A DNA stretch of 64,000 nt, taken from assembly GCA_040220235.1 (NCBI GenBank), contig JAVJTO010000102.1, one strand, 5' to 3'. Below are positions 41,110 through 51,323 of this stretch, piece after piece (the stretch's first letter is position 1; each line of letters starts with the position of its first letter). Source of the DNA: Coleofasciculus sp. B1-GNL1-01 (GTDB taxonomy: Bacteria; Cyanobacteriota; Cyanobacteriia; Cyanobacteriales; Coleofasciculaceae). Under the pieces are notes generated by a model. It made no database searches, was not told the DNA's origin, and saw nothing but the letters and a program-made list of their open reading frames with translations. A program made the translations under genes and the position numbers.

Positions 41110-42234
41110 ATGACTGATCCCAAAGCGGTTAAATTCATCATTCAACAAGGAATGCGCTGTTTGCAGGGGGGAGACTTTGACGCCGCCGTCGCCCTATTCC
41201 AGGATGCGGTGAAGCTTACCCCTGACAATGGGGAGGCTTGGACAGGGCTAGGACTCGCCCTGGGACATCTACAGCGCTATGAAGAGTCGATCGCGAGTTT
41301 TGACCAAGCGGGGGTGTTAAATCCCCAGGATGCGAGTATATGGCTGAATCGAGGCATAGTTTTGTCAGACTGGGGAAAGCATGAAGCCGCGATCGCGAGT
41401 TTTGATCAAGTGATCGAACGAGAAGCCGCCCATCCCGAAGCGTGGAATTCTCGCGGAACCTCCCTAATGATTTTGGGACGCCACAAAGAAGCCCTCGCCA
41501 GTTTCGATCAAGCGATCGCCTGTAATCCTAATTATGATAAAGCCTGGAGTAATCGCGGTAACGTCTTAACCAATCTCGGACGCCACAAAGCCGCCCTCAA
41601 GAGTTTTGACAAAGCCCTGCAAATTAGTCCTAATCATCCAGAAATCTGGTACAACCAAGGCTGTCTGTTGATGCAACTCCAGAAACGAGACGATGCGATC
41701 GCGTCTTTTAACAAAGCCCTAGAACTCAAACCTAATCATATCGGAAGTTGGATTAATAAAGGGATAGTCATTTCGGAAATGGGTCGTGAAAAAGAGGCAT
41801 TACTCTACTACGAGAAAGCGTTAGAATTCGACCCCAACGAAACTCATTGCTGGAATAATCGAGGACTTACTATGCGGCGATTGGGACGTTTAAAAGATGC
41901 TGTCGCTAGCTATGATCGGGCGTTAGAATGTATGCCTGAAAATTATGAAGCGTGGGATAATCGTGGCTATGCTTTAGTCAAGATGGGACGCTATCGGGAG
42001 GCGATGGCAAGTTTTGACAAGGCTTTGGAAGTGAATCCTGATCATGTGAATGCGGTTTATAACAAGGGGTATTGTTATGCCGCCCAGGGTAAGGTGACGT
42101 TAGCGGTGAATTATATTGAACAAGCGATCAAGGTGAATCCACAGAAATATCTACCAGTGGCGAAAACTGACCCGGATTTGGAACGGTTGCGGAAAAATAA
42201 GCGATTTCAGAAGATGATTGGAGGTGGGAAGTAA
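41110..42234 (+). CDS. TPR repeat protein
   Basis: About ten 34-aa TPRs ending in an AKTDPDL..LR...RFQ cap. Confidence 0.92.
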   Translation: MTDPKAVKFIIQQGMRCLQGGDFDAAVALFQDAVKLTPDNGEAWTGLGLALGHLQRYEESIASFDQAGVLNPQDASIWLNRGIVLSDWGKHEAAIASFDQVIEREAAHPEAWNSRGTSLMILGRHKEALASFDQAIACNPNYDKAWSNRGNVLTNLGRHKAALKSFDKALQISPNHPEIWYNQGCLLMQLQKRDDAIASFNKALELKPNHIGSWINKGIVISEMGREKEALLYYEKALEFDPNETHCWNNRGLTMRRLGRLKDAVASYDRALECMPENYEAWDNRGYALVKMGRYREAMASFDKALEVNPDHVNAVYNKGYCYAAQGKVTLAVNYIEQAIKVNPQKYLPVAKTDPDLERLRKNKRFQKMIGGGK

Positions 42235-42469
42235 GCGGGGAACTCAAGTTCCGGCTTAAAGCTAAAACCCGTTTAAACGGGTTTTAACACTTTCTTAGTT
42301 AGGGCTTGCTGCATGAGTGTGGAAGGCACACCAAATAAGGGTTTCAATCCATTTTTTCACCTAACAAGTGCAAGGTTTTGATACCTAGACAGTCTTGCAT
42401 CTTAGGATTAGTCGCCCTACTATTGACAAACAACAAATTTTCCTTTGGCTGCTTGTCTGAACTAAATGC

Positions 42470-43354
42470 CTATACTTTTCTTGCAAAACGTAGCAAAGCG
42501 GGAGACAATATATTAATTATTTTCCTGATCTTAACTTTTTTAGTATCCCACTTTTTTCGACTAGCATATACTTGATGAATTGCCATAAGTATTTCTTTCA
42601 AATAATAGCTTCTACTTTTAGAGGGGAACTCTAAGTCAACAGTAAAGTCCGAACCTAATCTATAGAGAGGTTGCCATGCAGCACTTACATCAAAATTAGT
42701 ACGTACATTTTCTCCATGGGCAATCATGAGCCATACAGGTTTAGTTATTATTTGACGATTTTTATGATTTTTAATCACAGTATGACCATACTGAAGAACT
42801 GTTTTAAAATTATTCACGTTTTCTACTAATGTATAGAAAGGAGAAGTCAGCCATTCTCTTAGATAGAGATTTTGTTCCTTGATTCGATACAAATAACCAA
42901 AAGGAAAATTAATAAACTCAAAGTCTTGGTTATTAAAGTTTTCTTGAATTAAGGAAACAAAGTTTTGGCTAATTGCATCGTCACTATCAATACTGGTTGT
43001 AATTAAATACGGTGTCTCACTGCTTATATTTTGCTGGATTATTTCTCGGACAGTATTTAACAATGTCGTTTTACTTTGAATATAAACGGGTATAATTTTA
43101 ATTGTTGATGAATTAGAGCAGTAACTTTCCACCTTCTGCTTAAAGCCAATGGGTAAAGCCGCATCAAATAAAATTAGCCACGTAAAATTCTTATTTTTTT
43201 GGCTTAAAACTGAGGGATAGCAAATTGATTCAAACAAATTAAATCTATGAATTAAAAAATCGTAACTATTCCGATCATGCCGATGCCTTGACAAGTTCCA
43301 ATCAACATTCATTCGAGTAATAATAAAATGTTTAAACATTATAGAGGCTTCCAT
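42470..43354 (-). CDS. Putative glycosyltransferase (rhamnosyltransferase-like), AT-rich
   Basis: HFIITRMN, RFNLFESICYPSVLSQ..NFTWLILFD and TTSIDSDDAI motifs. Confidence 0.8.
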   Translation of the reverse strand: MEASIMFKHFIITRMNVDWNLSRHRHDRNSYDFLIHRFNLFESICYPSVLSQKNKNFTWLILFDAALPIGFKQKVESYCSNSSTIKIIPVYIQSKTTLLNTVREIIQQNISSETPYLITTSIDSDDAISQNFVSLIQENFNNQDFEFINFPFGYLYRIKEQNLYLREWLTSPFYTLVENVNNFKTVLQYGHTVIKNHKNRQIITKPVWLMIAHGENVRTNFDVSAAWQPLYRLGSDFTVDLEFPSKSRSYYLKEILMAIHQVYASRKKWDTKKVKIRKIINILSPALLRFARKV

Positions 43355-43844
43355 TTATTTTATACTTCCATCTTAGGTTAATACTCACTATCATACTTTT
43401 ATTTTCTAATCCAGCTAAGAAACTGTCAAGTTTTCTCGTAACCAAGTCACTCATAAATAGCGAATATAAGCCGTCAACAAGGGATCGCCGTTGTTTGTCC
43501 CGGAACCAGCACCACAACCCTGATAACCCGCACCATCGGGAAACTGCATCACACCAGCCTTGGTATCTGCTAGATGAATCCTTCCATCATACCTGTCCAT
43601 ACTGATCCGGATTTAAGGGAGTTGGGGAAGAATAAGCAAGTAAAGGCGTTGATTAAACAAGTGAGGAGATAACCCTAAGCCGTGAACGATCGCGGTTCTG
43701 ATTGCCCTACCCTAAACCCTAAACCTCCCATTCTTTCCCAACTCAGAATGTATTGCACTCAATCGAGAATCGTGAGAACGTTCCCCCTCAACGCTACAAC
43801 CTGTAAACCCAGGTTAAAAGCCTCTCATAGCAAAAAATACATCG

Positions 43845-44912
43845 ATGAGTACTCTCCTTCTAGAAAACCCTCAAGCCGCAAACGTTAGCTACAACCACCC
43901 CTTGGAAGTCACAACCCACGAAGCGTGGTATAACTTGGGTATTATACTGATCCAGTCCGGACAGTTTGAAGAAGCGATCGCGACAGTTGACCAAGTTTTA
44001 GAACGTGAACCGGATTTATATCAACTGTGGTATAACCGGGGAATTGCGCTGGATAAGGCGGGACGCCATGAAGAGGCGATCGCCAGCTATGACAAGGCTG
44101 TAAAATTGCAACCAGACTTTTATCCGGCTTGGTATAATCGGGGCAATGCGTTGGTGAATTTAAAACAATATGAAGCGGCAAGAGTTAGCTATGATCATGC
44201 TTTAAATCTTAAACCTAACCTGCATCAAGCTTGGTACAACCGAGGTAATGTTCTGTTTAGCTTACAACGCTTTATCGAAGCTATCACTAGCTATCAAGAC
44301 GCCCTAAAAATTAAGCCAGATAAATACGAAGCTTGGTACAATCAAGGACATGCTTGGGTACACTTAAAACAGTTCCAAGAAGCCATCGCTAGCTATGACG
44401 AAGCCCTAAAAATTAAACCCGATGCTCACGAAGCTTGGAATAACCGAGGAGGGGCGCTGTATCGCCTTGACCGTTTTCCAGAAGCCGTGGCGAGTTATAA
44501 TGAAGCCCTGAAACTTAAGTATCAACAACCCAGTTCTTGGTATTATCGGGGCAATGCACTTGTGAATTTAAGATACTTTCAAGATGCTGTAGCGAGTTAC
44601 GACGAAGCCCTGAAAATTAAGCCCGAAAAATATGAGGCTTGGTATAATCGAGGGTATGCGTTTTTGCAATTGGGAGACTATCCAGAAGCCTTGGCTAGTT
44701 TCGACAAAACGATAGAGTTTAAACCCGACAATGCTAATGCTTTTTACAACAAAGCTTGCTGTTATGCTTTGCAGGGCAATGTTGACCTAGCTATCGAAAA
44801 TCTGCAAAAAACCCTCAATCTGAATCCTGATCAATACCGAGAGTTAGCCAAAAATGACTCTGATTTGGCTAGTATCCGGCATGATAAGCGGTTTCAGAAA
44901 TTAATCTATTGA
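43845..44912 (+). CDS. TPR repeat protein
   Basis: Repeated AWYNRG TPRs ending in an AKNDSDL..IR...RFQ cap. Confidence 0.92.
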   Translation: MSTLLLENPQAANVSYNHPLEVTTHEAWYNLGIILIQSGQFEEAIATVDQVLEREPDLYQLWYNRGIALDKAGRHEEAIASYDKAVKLQPDFYPAWYNRGNALVNLKQYEAARVSYDHALNLKPNLHQAWYNRGNVLFSLQRFIEAITSYQDALKIKPDKYEAWYNQGHAWVHLKQFQEAIASYDEALKIKPDAHEAWNNRGGALYRLDRFPEAVASYNEALKLKYQQPSSWYYRGNALVNLRYFQDAVASYDEALKIKPEKYEAWYNRGYAFLQLGDYPEALASFDKTIEFKPDNANAFYNKACCYALQGNVDLAIENLQKTLNLNPDQYRELAKNDSDLASIRHDKRFQKLIY

Positions 44913-45005
44913 TACTCATTTGGTTAAACATGCCCTCGAACGAAGTGAAGGAACGCGGATGATTTTTTCGTCATAGGAAGCCAGAGTTTTACATCTACAC
45001 AGACA

Positions 45006-45037
45006 GATCCCCGACTTCTTCAAGAAGTCGGGGATCT
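45006..45037. repeat. Perfect palindrome AGATCCCCGACTTCTT-C-AAGAAGTCGGGGATCT (REP-like / terminator)
   Basis: Long perfect inverted repeat between convergent genes. Confidence 0.7.
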
Positions 45038-45320
45038 TGCTTAAGGCTGTATAGACCTACGGGCATACATTAGGACATTTTTCTATTGCCTATTGCCTAT
45101 TGCCGCGTACACCTAATTTTATTGTCCTAACCTGAATGCGTAGTGCTATACTTCATCAACCTGAAATCTGCTGTAGCTTTATTCCCAGAAAGCTTAACCA
45201 CCGTATGCCCTACAGCTTCTAGTCCATTAGTTTACCATAAAAACGGTTTTAATACTTAAAAATATTGGCGAATAAATTCGCTATTAACTAGAGATGTTAA
45301 CCGTTTCGACTCTATTTCAA

Positions 45321-45644
45321 TTATAAAAAAACAGCCACACTGTTCATTTCAGAGGGCTGGACAGCCGTGTTCAATGATAATTCAGCACCATTCTGTTCAG
45401 ATTCTTCGCTCGATAAACAAGCAATCGCTGGCTTGTTAATACAAAGAGATGGCATTGTTGCCAAGAGATGCTGATTCTCACTATACACTTCTACATCCGT
45501 GAGAGTTATAAAATTACGAGAACTATTCAACAGATCCGAAATATTAAAACTGGAACGATAGTAATTTAAGGAGGTACTAATGGTCAGTATCCCTATAATT
45601 TGAAGGTTATTGACTGTTAAAAGTTTAACTCTCAGTTCTCTCAT
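45321..45644 (-). CDS. Hypothetical protein (DUF6812-like)
   Basis: IIGILTI..ISDLLN...FITLTDVEVY..LCINK pattern; its start overlaps the stop of the upstream ORF. Confidence 0.7.
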   Translation of the reverse strand: MRELRVKLLTVNNLQIIGILTISTSLNYYRSSFNISDLLNSSRNFITLTDVEVYSENQHLLATMPSLCINKPAIACLSSEESEQNGAELSLNTAVQPSEMNSVAVFL

Positions 45645-45901
45645 TAACTCACTCCTGCCAAATCAACAATTACCGTATTATCATCCCTGAAAATCAAGAG
45701 GTTGTCTGGAAAAGGGCGGGACTCTTGTTGCACCTGACCCTCCATTACAGCATTTTGCAAATTCATGAACGCTTGGAGGTCTTGTGAGTCATATTTGCTT
45801 CTAAGTAGCTGTCGCAGTTGGTCTTCAGCTTCTCTGGTGAGATAGCGTGTCTTTAGTGCCTGTTGAACAATCTCACGAATCAACATGATTCTAGTCCCCA
45901 T
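45644..45901 (-). CDS. Conserved small cyanobacterial hypothetical protein
   Basis: LIREIVQQAL..YLT.EAE.QLRQLL...DLQAFMNLQ.A.M.G.V.QESR pattern. Confidence 0.75.
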   Translation of the reverse strand: MGTRIMLIREIVQQALKTRYLTREAEDQLRQLLRSKYDSQDLQAFMNLQNAVMEGQVQQESRPFPDNLLIFRDDNTVIVDLAGVS

Positions 45902-45962
45902 CTTACCCTTTCATTAGGTTCTCAACTTCAGCAGGTGCATTTTATGCAAAAGTCGGATATTT

Positions 45963-45980
45963 GTTACAAATCTTTACATA
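45963..45980. promoter_or_regulatory. HLR1 motif (RpaB-type binding site) GTTACAAA-TC-TTTACATA
   Basis: Perfect match to (G/T)TTACA(T/A)(T/A)-N2-(G/T)TTACA(T/A)(T/A); second HLR1-like site in opposite orientation at about 46126-46154. Confidence 0.6.
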
Positions 45981-46260
45981 AGTCATTTGTCATTTGTCCT
46001 TGGCTACCCCATCTCCCTGCTCCCCCTGCTCCCCCTGCTCCCCCTGCTACCCCTGCTACCCCTGCTTCCAAACGTTCCACCGGAACGTCGCTGCAACCCC
46101 TGCTTCGCACCTCCATACCGCCGCTTTTGTTAAAATTTTGTAAAGATTTGTTCCACCTTGCATAAAATCGCCCCTGAGTTCGTGAGACCTCTATGAACAG
46201 AGTGAAGTCGGTGTATCAACGCAATCCCATGTAACTGATGTACCAACCCTACCGCTATCG

Positions 46261-46911
46261 ATGAATGTCATAGACCAACAGTTAAAGCAACTGGCACAGG
46301 AAGCACAGCAGCATCCTCCCCGTAGTAAACAACGACAGCAAGCTTTAGCCAAGCTATTGGGTGCCATTCAGCAGTCAGGTAAACTGACTCGTCCCTATCC
46401 CGGACAATTCCATGGATTTTATGAGGATATTTATGATGAAGCCAAGCAACGCCTATTTTGTTATATTTGCGAAAGGATTGACGACTATAATCCCAGTTTT
46501 GAAGTTTTACAATGGGTAAACTTTCTGCTCAAGCAACGATTCTTCATGGAAGCCAGTCGTTCTATGATGCCAACCGTGCATAAAGGAATCGATGCCAAAC
46601 AAGTCAAGCGTTTAACCTTGGATGACTTAGAGAAAAACAATCCAGCCGAAGTTAACCCGCAGTTGACGCCTTCCTTGTCCCAAGAAATCATTCACTACCT
46701 AGAAACTGACCCCGAAGGACTCTTTAATCAAACCTATACGTCAAATCAACCTGCCGCCAACTTCCAATTTTTAGCTTTGAAACTTTTATCCGGTTATTCC
46801 TGGAAAGAAATTTCTGAAGAACTCGGAATTAAGATTTCAACCTTAAGCAGTTTCTACCAGCGTTGCTTAACTAAATTTAGTCCCAAGTTAAGAGAATACT
46901 TATCATCATAA
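46261..46911 (+). CDS. Sigma-70/ECF-like RNA polymerase sigma factor
   Basis: Region-2-like DIYDEAKQRLFCYICERIDDYNP..VLQWVNF and region-4 HTH GYSWKEISEELGIKISTLSSFYQRC. Confidence 0.8.
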   Translation: MNVIDQQLKQLAQEAQQHPPRSKQRQQALAKLLGAIQQSGKLTRPYPGQFHGFYEDIYDEAKQRLFCYICERIDDYNPSFEVLQWVNFLLKQRFFMEASRSMMPTVHKGIDAKQVKRLTLDDLEKNNPAEVNPQLTPSLSQEIIHYLETDPEGLFNQTYTSNQPAANFQFLALKLLSGYSWKEISEELGIKISTLSSFYQRCLTKFSPKLREYLSS

Positions 46912-46931
46912 TCCCTGAGGCACAGAATACA

Positions 46932-47873
46932 ATGTTCCACACCACGAATGAACCCCTAATACTGACCGTACCCCTGACGTTAGAAGCCCATCAAATCGCT
47001 CAACAGTTTCACCAAAAGCATTGCCCCCAAAAGGCAAAACAAGTTTACCTAAATACGTTAGCCGTTTATGCTGTCAAAACCTCTTTACAATGCCTAGAAA
47101 TTCCGACAAACTGGCAGGCGAGTGATAGTTGGAATCCAATTATGCAAACCCTGACTAATACAGCCGACTTATTGATTAAAGATCTGGGCAAATTAGAATG
47201 CCGTCCTGTCTTACCCAACGCGGCTAGCTGTCATATCCCCGCAGACGTATGGTCTGACCGGATTGGGTATGTCGCGGTTGAGTTGAATCAAACCTTAACG
47301 GAAGCCAAGTTACTGGGATTTTTACCCAGCGTTAAAACCGAGGAAGTCCCCCTAACTCAACTTATATCACTGGAACATTTATTAGACCATCTTAACCCAT
47401 CTCAACAACCAATACAACTTAGTCAATGGCTACAAAATATTTTTGATGCGGGTTGGCAGACTGTCGAAACATTATTCGACTCCTCGCCAACAGAACTCGC
47501 TTTTAATTTTAGAACATATACGCAAATAGCCACCCACTTATCCGAACCATCCGATCTGAAAATCACACGTGGGAAGCGGCTGACATTAGGACGACGATAT
47601 GATGATGAACAAGTCATATTAGTCATAAATTTGACACCACTTTCCGTATCAGAACTCGATATTTCGGTTGAAATATATCCAACGAACGGTCAAACCTATT
47701 TACCTAAAAATTTGCGGCTGATGATTCTCGATGACACGGGAGAAACCGTGATGCAAGCTGAAGCCAGAAGCACTAAGCAAATTCAATTACAGTTTAGTGG
47801 AGAACCTGGAGAATGCTTCAAAGTTAGGGTAGCGTTAGCTGATATCAGCATGACGGAAACCTTTATCATTTGA
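46932..47873 (+). CDS. DUF1822 family protein (candidate anti-sigma factor)
   Basis: KAKQVYLNTLAVYAV, GKLECRPV, DRIGYVAV, LSQWLQNIFDAGWQ and QFSGEPGECF motifs. Confidence 0.88.
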   Translation: MFHTTNEPLILTVPLTLEAHQIAQQFHQKHCPQKAKQVYLNTLAVYAVKTSLQCLEIPTNWQASDSWNPIMQTLTNTADLLIKDLGKLECRPVLPNAASCHIPADVWSDRIGYVAVELNQTLTEAKLLGFLPSVKTEEVPLTQLISLEHLLDHLNPSQQPIQLSQWLQNIFDAGWQTVETLFDSSPTELAFNFRTYTQIATHLSEPSDLKITRGKRLTLGRRYDDEQVILVINLTPLSVSELDISVEIYPTNGQTYLPKNLRLMILDDTGETVMQAEARSTKQIQLQFSGEPGECFKVRVALADISMTETFII

Positions 47874-48013
47874 ATAGACCCTTCGCTAGGACATATCCAG
47901 AAAAATTCAAATCGCTTGATCCTGAGCGAAGTCGAAGGGTCAATCCCTTGTAAGGTAAGCTTTTGTCTTCACTATTGCCTATTGCCTGTTCCCTGTTCCC
48001 TGTTCCCTGAAAA

Positions 48014-50353
48014 ATGACAAATGACACCACCCACAAAAAATTAGTAACTTTGAAACTCGATGGTGATTTTCAAAGCCATGGATTTCGGGTCACATTAGCC
48101 ATTGGTTGGGATGGCGCACCCCCAGATATTGAACTCAAAGGAGTATTAGACGCAGCGCCTGAATTTGCCGATCGCATCCAGTCTCATTGGCAGCATAAGT
48201 ATCGGTGCATTAGCGCCCCCTATCGAATTAAACCGAAAAAAATTATCTATGATGGTTCAGTAAGTCAGCGGCTGAGAGACTGTCAAGACTCCGCCAATGA
48301 ATTAGGCGATCGCTTGCGAACCTGGTTAGACGGGGAAGGGTTTCGCCCCCTGGATCGGCGGTTACGGGAATCCCTCAGTCGTCAGGATACGATTCGCTTC
48401 TTAGTCAGCACCACTGATCCGCACCTGCAAAAACTTCCTTGGCATTTGTGGGATTTTTTTGACCATTATCCGAAAGCGGAACTCGCCTTAACTGATCCTC
48501 AGTTTGAACGTCCGTCCCAATTCACCTCAAATCAGCGCACGCCTAAGGTAAAAATTTTAGCCATTCTCGGTCATAGCCAGGGAATTGATATTGAAAGCGA
48601 TCGCCAGTTACTTGAAAGTTTACCCCATACCGATATTAAATTTTTAGTCGAAAAAAGCCGCCGAGAGATTAATGACCAACTTTGGGAAAAACAGTGGGAC
48701 ATCATTTTTTTTGCCGGACATAGTGAAACCGAAGGGGAAACCGGGCGGATTTATATTAATCAAACCGATAGTTTAACCATTGATGAACTCTGGTATGCGT
48801 TAAGAAAAGCCGTAGAACGAGGGTTAAAACTTGCTATTTTCAACTCCTGCGATGGCTTAGGATTAGCCCGACAACTGGATGATATCCAAATTCCGCAAAT
48901 GATTGTCATGCGGGAGTTAGTTCCCGATCGCGTGGCGCAAGAGTTCTTGAAGTATTTTCTCACTGCCTTTGCTCAAGGTCAACCCTTCTATCTAGCCGTC
49001 AGAGACGCCAGAGAACGATTACAGGGATTAGAAAGTCAATTTCCTTGTGCGAGTTGGTTACCCGTAATTGTCCAGAATCCCACCCAAGTTCCGCCCAGTT
49101 GGAACGACTGGATTAGCGACACTACCGCCAAACCCGTTAAGCGGAGACGGCGAGGTTGGCAATTGGTACTGGGTGCGAGTGTCATGGTTACCAGTTTAGT
49201 CATGGGAGTGCGATCGCTAGGTTGGTTGCAATCGGTAGAACAGCAAGCCTTTGACCAACTCTTGGAAATGCGTCCCACACCCTCCCTTGATCCTCGGTTA
49301 TTGATAGTTGAGGTAACGGCTAAAGATATCAACAATTTAGGGGGTGAATATCCGCTACACGATCGCACCCTGCTCAAACTATTACAAAAACTGGACACCT
49401 ATCAACCCCGCGCCATCGGCTTAGATATCTTTCGCGATCGCCCAGAGGGGGAAGGGCGGGATGAATTGGTACAATATCTGCAAACGAGCGATCGCGTGAT
49501 TCCCATTTGTGTTATCCCCTCTCCCCAAATCCCCGAAGGCGTTGCTGCGCCCCCTGAAGTCCCCAAGGAACGCTTAGGATTTGCTGATATTGTTGTTGAT
49601 CCAGATGGGATTGTGCGGCGTCATCTCATCGCCATGAAACCGCCCGCCGTATCCTCTTGTTCCACTTTCTATTCCCTGAGTTTTCAATTAGCCCTACGAT
49701 ATCTACAAACCGAGGGAATCTCACCTGAATTTATTTCCGAAGATCGCTGGCAATTGGGTTCAGTGACGTTAACCAATTTAAATGCCAACCCCGGATTTTA
49801 CCAGCGCGGTGTCGGATTGGAAGGATTTCAACTCTTACTTAATTACCGTTCCCCAGAATTGGCAAAAACCATGGTAGAACGAGTAACGCTGAGTGATATT
49901 TTTGCCAATCGCGTGAATCCTGATTTTTTGCAGGATAAAATTATTTTAATTGGCATAACTGATCCCACAATTAAAGATGAATTCCAAACGCCTGGTAATC
50001 ATGAAATGCGGGGGCTATTCCTGCATAGTCAGATGGTCAGTCAGATTATTAGTGCGGCTGTGGGAGAACGCCCCTTGCTGGCGTTTTTCCCTCTATGGGG
50101 GGATCTCGTCTGTGTTGGGATTGGGTCAGTTATTGGAGGTGCGATCGCATGGCGCTATCGAGAGTCCCTGTTACGCCTGGGATTAGCCGTGGGAGTCTCT
50201 ATGATAACGATTAATGGTATTAGCTGGTTTATTTTCATTCAAACTGGGAGTATATTATCCATGGTTCCAGTAATGCTAGCTGTAGTTGCCACAAGTGGAA
50301 GTCTAGTGGCTTACCAGGCATTTAAAACGTCGCGATCCGATCAAACCCCTTAA
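48014..50353 (+). CDS. CHAT (caspase-like protease)-CHASE2 membrane protein
   Basis: LPWHLW, catalytic His FFAGHS and Cys IFNSCDG, TM, CHASE2 (AIGLDIFRD, DPDGIVRRHL) and three C-terminal TMs. Confidence 0.9.
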   Translation: MTNDTTHKKLVTLKLDGDFQSHGFRVTLAIGWDGAPPDIELKGVLDAAPEFADRIQSHWQHKYRCISAPYRIKPKKIIYDGSVSQRLRDCQDSANELGDRLRTWLDGEGFRPLDRRLRESLSRQDTIRFLVSTTDPHLQKLPWHLWDFFDHYPKAELALTDPQFERPSQFTSNQRTPKVKILAILGHSQGIDIESDRQLLESLPHTDIKFLVEKSRREINDQLWEKQWDIIFFAGHSETEGETGRIYINQTDSLTIDELWYALRKAVERGLKLAIFNSCDGLGLARQLDDIQIPQMIVMRELVPDRVAQEFLKYFLTAFAQGQPFYLAVRDARERLQGLESQFPCASWLPVIVQNPTQVPPSWNDWISDTTAKPVKRRRRGWQLVLGASVMVTSLVMGVRSLGWLQSVEQQAFDQLLEMRPTPSLDPRLLIVEVTAKDINNLGGEYPLHDRTLLKLLQKLDTYQPRAIGLDIFRDRPEGEGRDELVQYLQTSDRVIPICVIPSPQIPEGVAAPPEVPKERLGFADIVVDPDGIVRRHLIAMKPPAVSSCSTFYSLSFQLALRYLQTEGISPEFISEDRWQLGSVTLTNLNANPGFYQRGVGLEGFQLLLNYRSPELAKTMVERVTLSDIFANRVNPDFLQDKIILIGITDPTIKDEFQTPGNHEMRGLFLHSQMVSQIISAAVGERPLLAFFPLWGDLVCVGIGSVIGGAIAWRYRESLLRLGLAVGVSMITINGISWFIFIQTGSILSMVPVMLAVVATSGSLVAYQAFKTSRSDQTP

Positions 50354-50357
50354 ACCT

Positions 50358-51125
50358 ATGATTGCACTAAAATTTGCTTTAATCCTGGCGATAACCGTTC
50401 TTGAATTGACAATTCATCGACCACTGGTTCAAGCACATCCGATTCAAAAAATAGCAAGTCTTAAACAAGATCCACCCGTTTGGGATAGACCGAATGATGA
50501 TCGCAAACCTGCCGGAACTCGTGGACCTTGTGAACAGACCGAACAACCGTTTACACCGTTATTACCCATTACCGACTCTGACTACAAGTTTTCTGGCTTT
50601 ACATTAAAAGCTTACCCCACATTTTGGTTTTATATTCCCTATCCGAGTAACACAATTAATCGAGGATCATTCGTTATCAAAGATTCACAGGATGAGACTC
50701 GAAACTATCAGGTTAGTTTCCAGCTTCCAGAAACACCAGGTTTTGTCAAAATTAGCTTGCCGATTACTGCCATTCCCCTAGAATTGAATAAACAATATCG
50801 TTGGCAGTTCACCCTATATTGTACATCCAATGATCCGACGGATTTATCTCAAAGCATTTGGCATAACGGCTCAATTGAACGCCTTGATCCTCAGCGTTTA
50901 GAACCTCAGACAGCAACAGCCTTGGTAATGGATCAGATGAAGTTTTATCAAGATAATCGTCTTTGGTACGATATTTCAGCCGATTTAGTCCAAATCTATG
51001 ACTTTCCTCTGGCTTGGCGTTATTTATTAAGAACGATAGATTTGGAGGAACTCAAAAAAGAACCGATCGCAGGTTCAGTTCAGCCTATTGGTGATTCTAA
51101 TGAAATCTTAGGAAACCGGGAATAG
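50358..51125 (+). CDS. DUF928 domain secreted protein
   Basis: Signal peptide, AGTRGPC, YPTFWFYIPY, YRWQFTLYC and LWYD motifs. Confidence 0.85.
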   Translation: MIALKFALILAITVLELTIHRPLVQAHPIQKIASLKQDPPVWDRPNDDRKPAGTRGPCEQTEQPFTPLLPITDSDYKFSGFTLKAYPTFWFYIPYPSNTINRGSFVIKDSQDETRNYQVSFQLPETPGFVKISLPITAIPLELNKQYRWQFTLYCTSNDPTDLSQSIWHNGSIERLDPQRLEPQTATALVMDQMKFYQDNRLWYDISADLVQIYDFPLAWRYLLRTIDLEELKKEPIAGSVQPIGDSNEILGNRE

Positions 51126-51323
51126 GGAATCTGGGGGAGTCAGGTAAGTAGGTGGACACAATAAAAGCTAACGGTGCAGATTGTCATTCGTCATTTGTCA
51201 TTTATCCTTTGTAAGGGTTTGAGGCTTGTTTTCAAAACTTTGTACAGTGTCGTTTTCTTTTGTCCGACTCCTTAGAGACGCGCCATAGCGCCTCTGGAAG
51301 CTGGGGAAGCTATTTGTTATAAG

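Noticed and set aside
46230..46244. Possible NtcA site upstream of the sigma gene
   Set aside because: Spacing is GTA-N7-TAC rather than GTA-N8-TAC.
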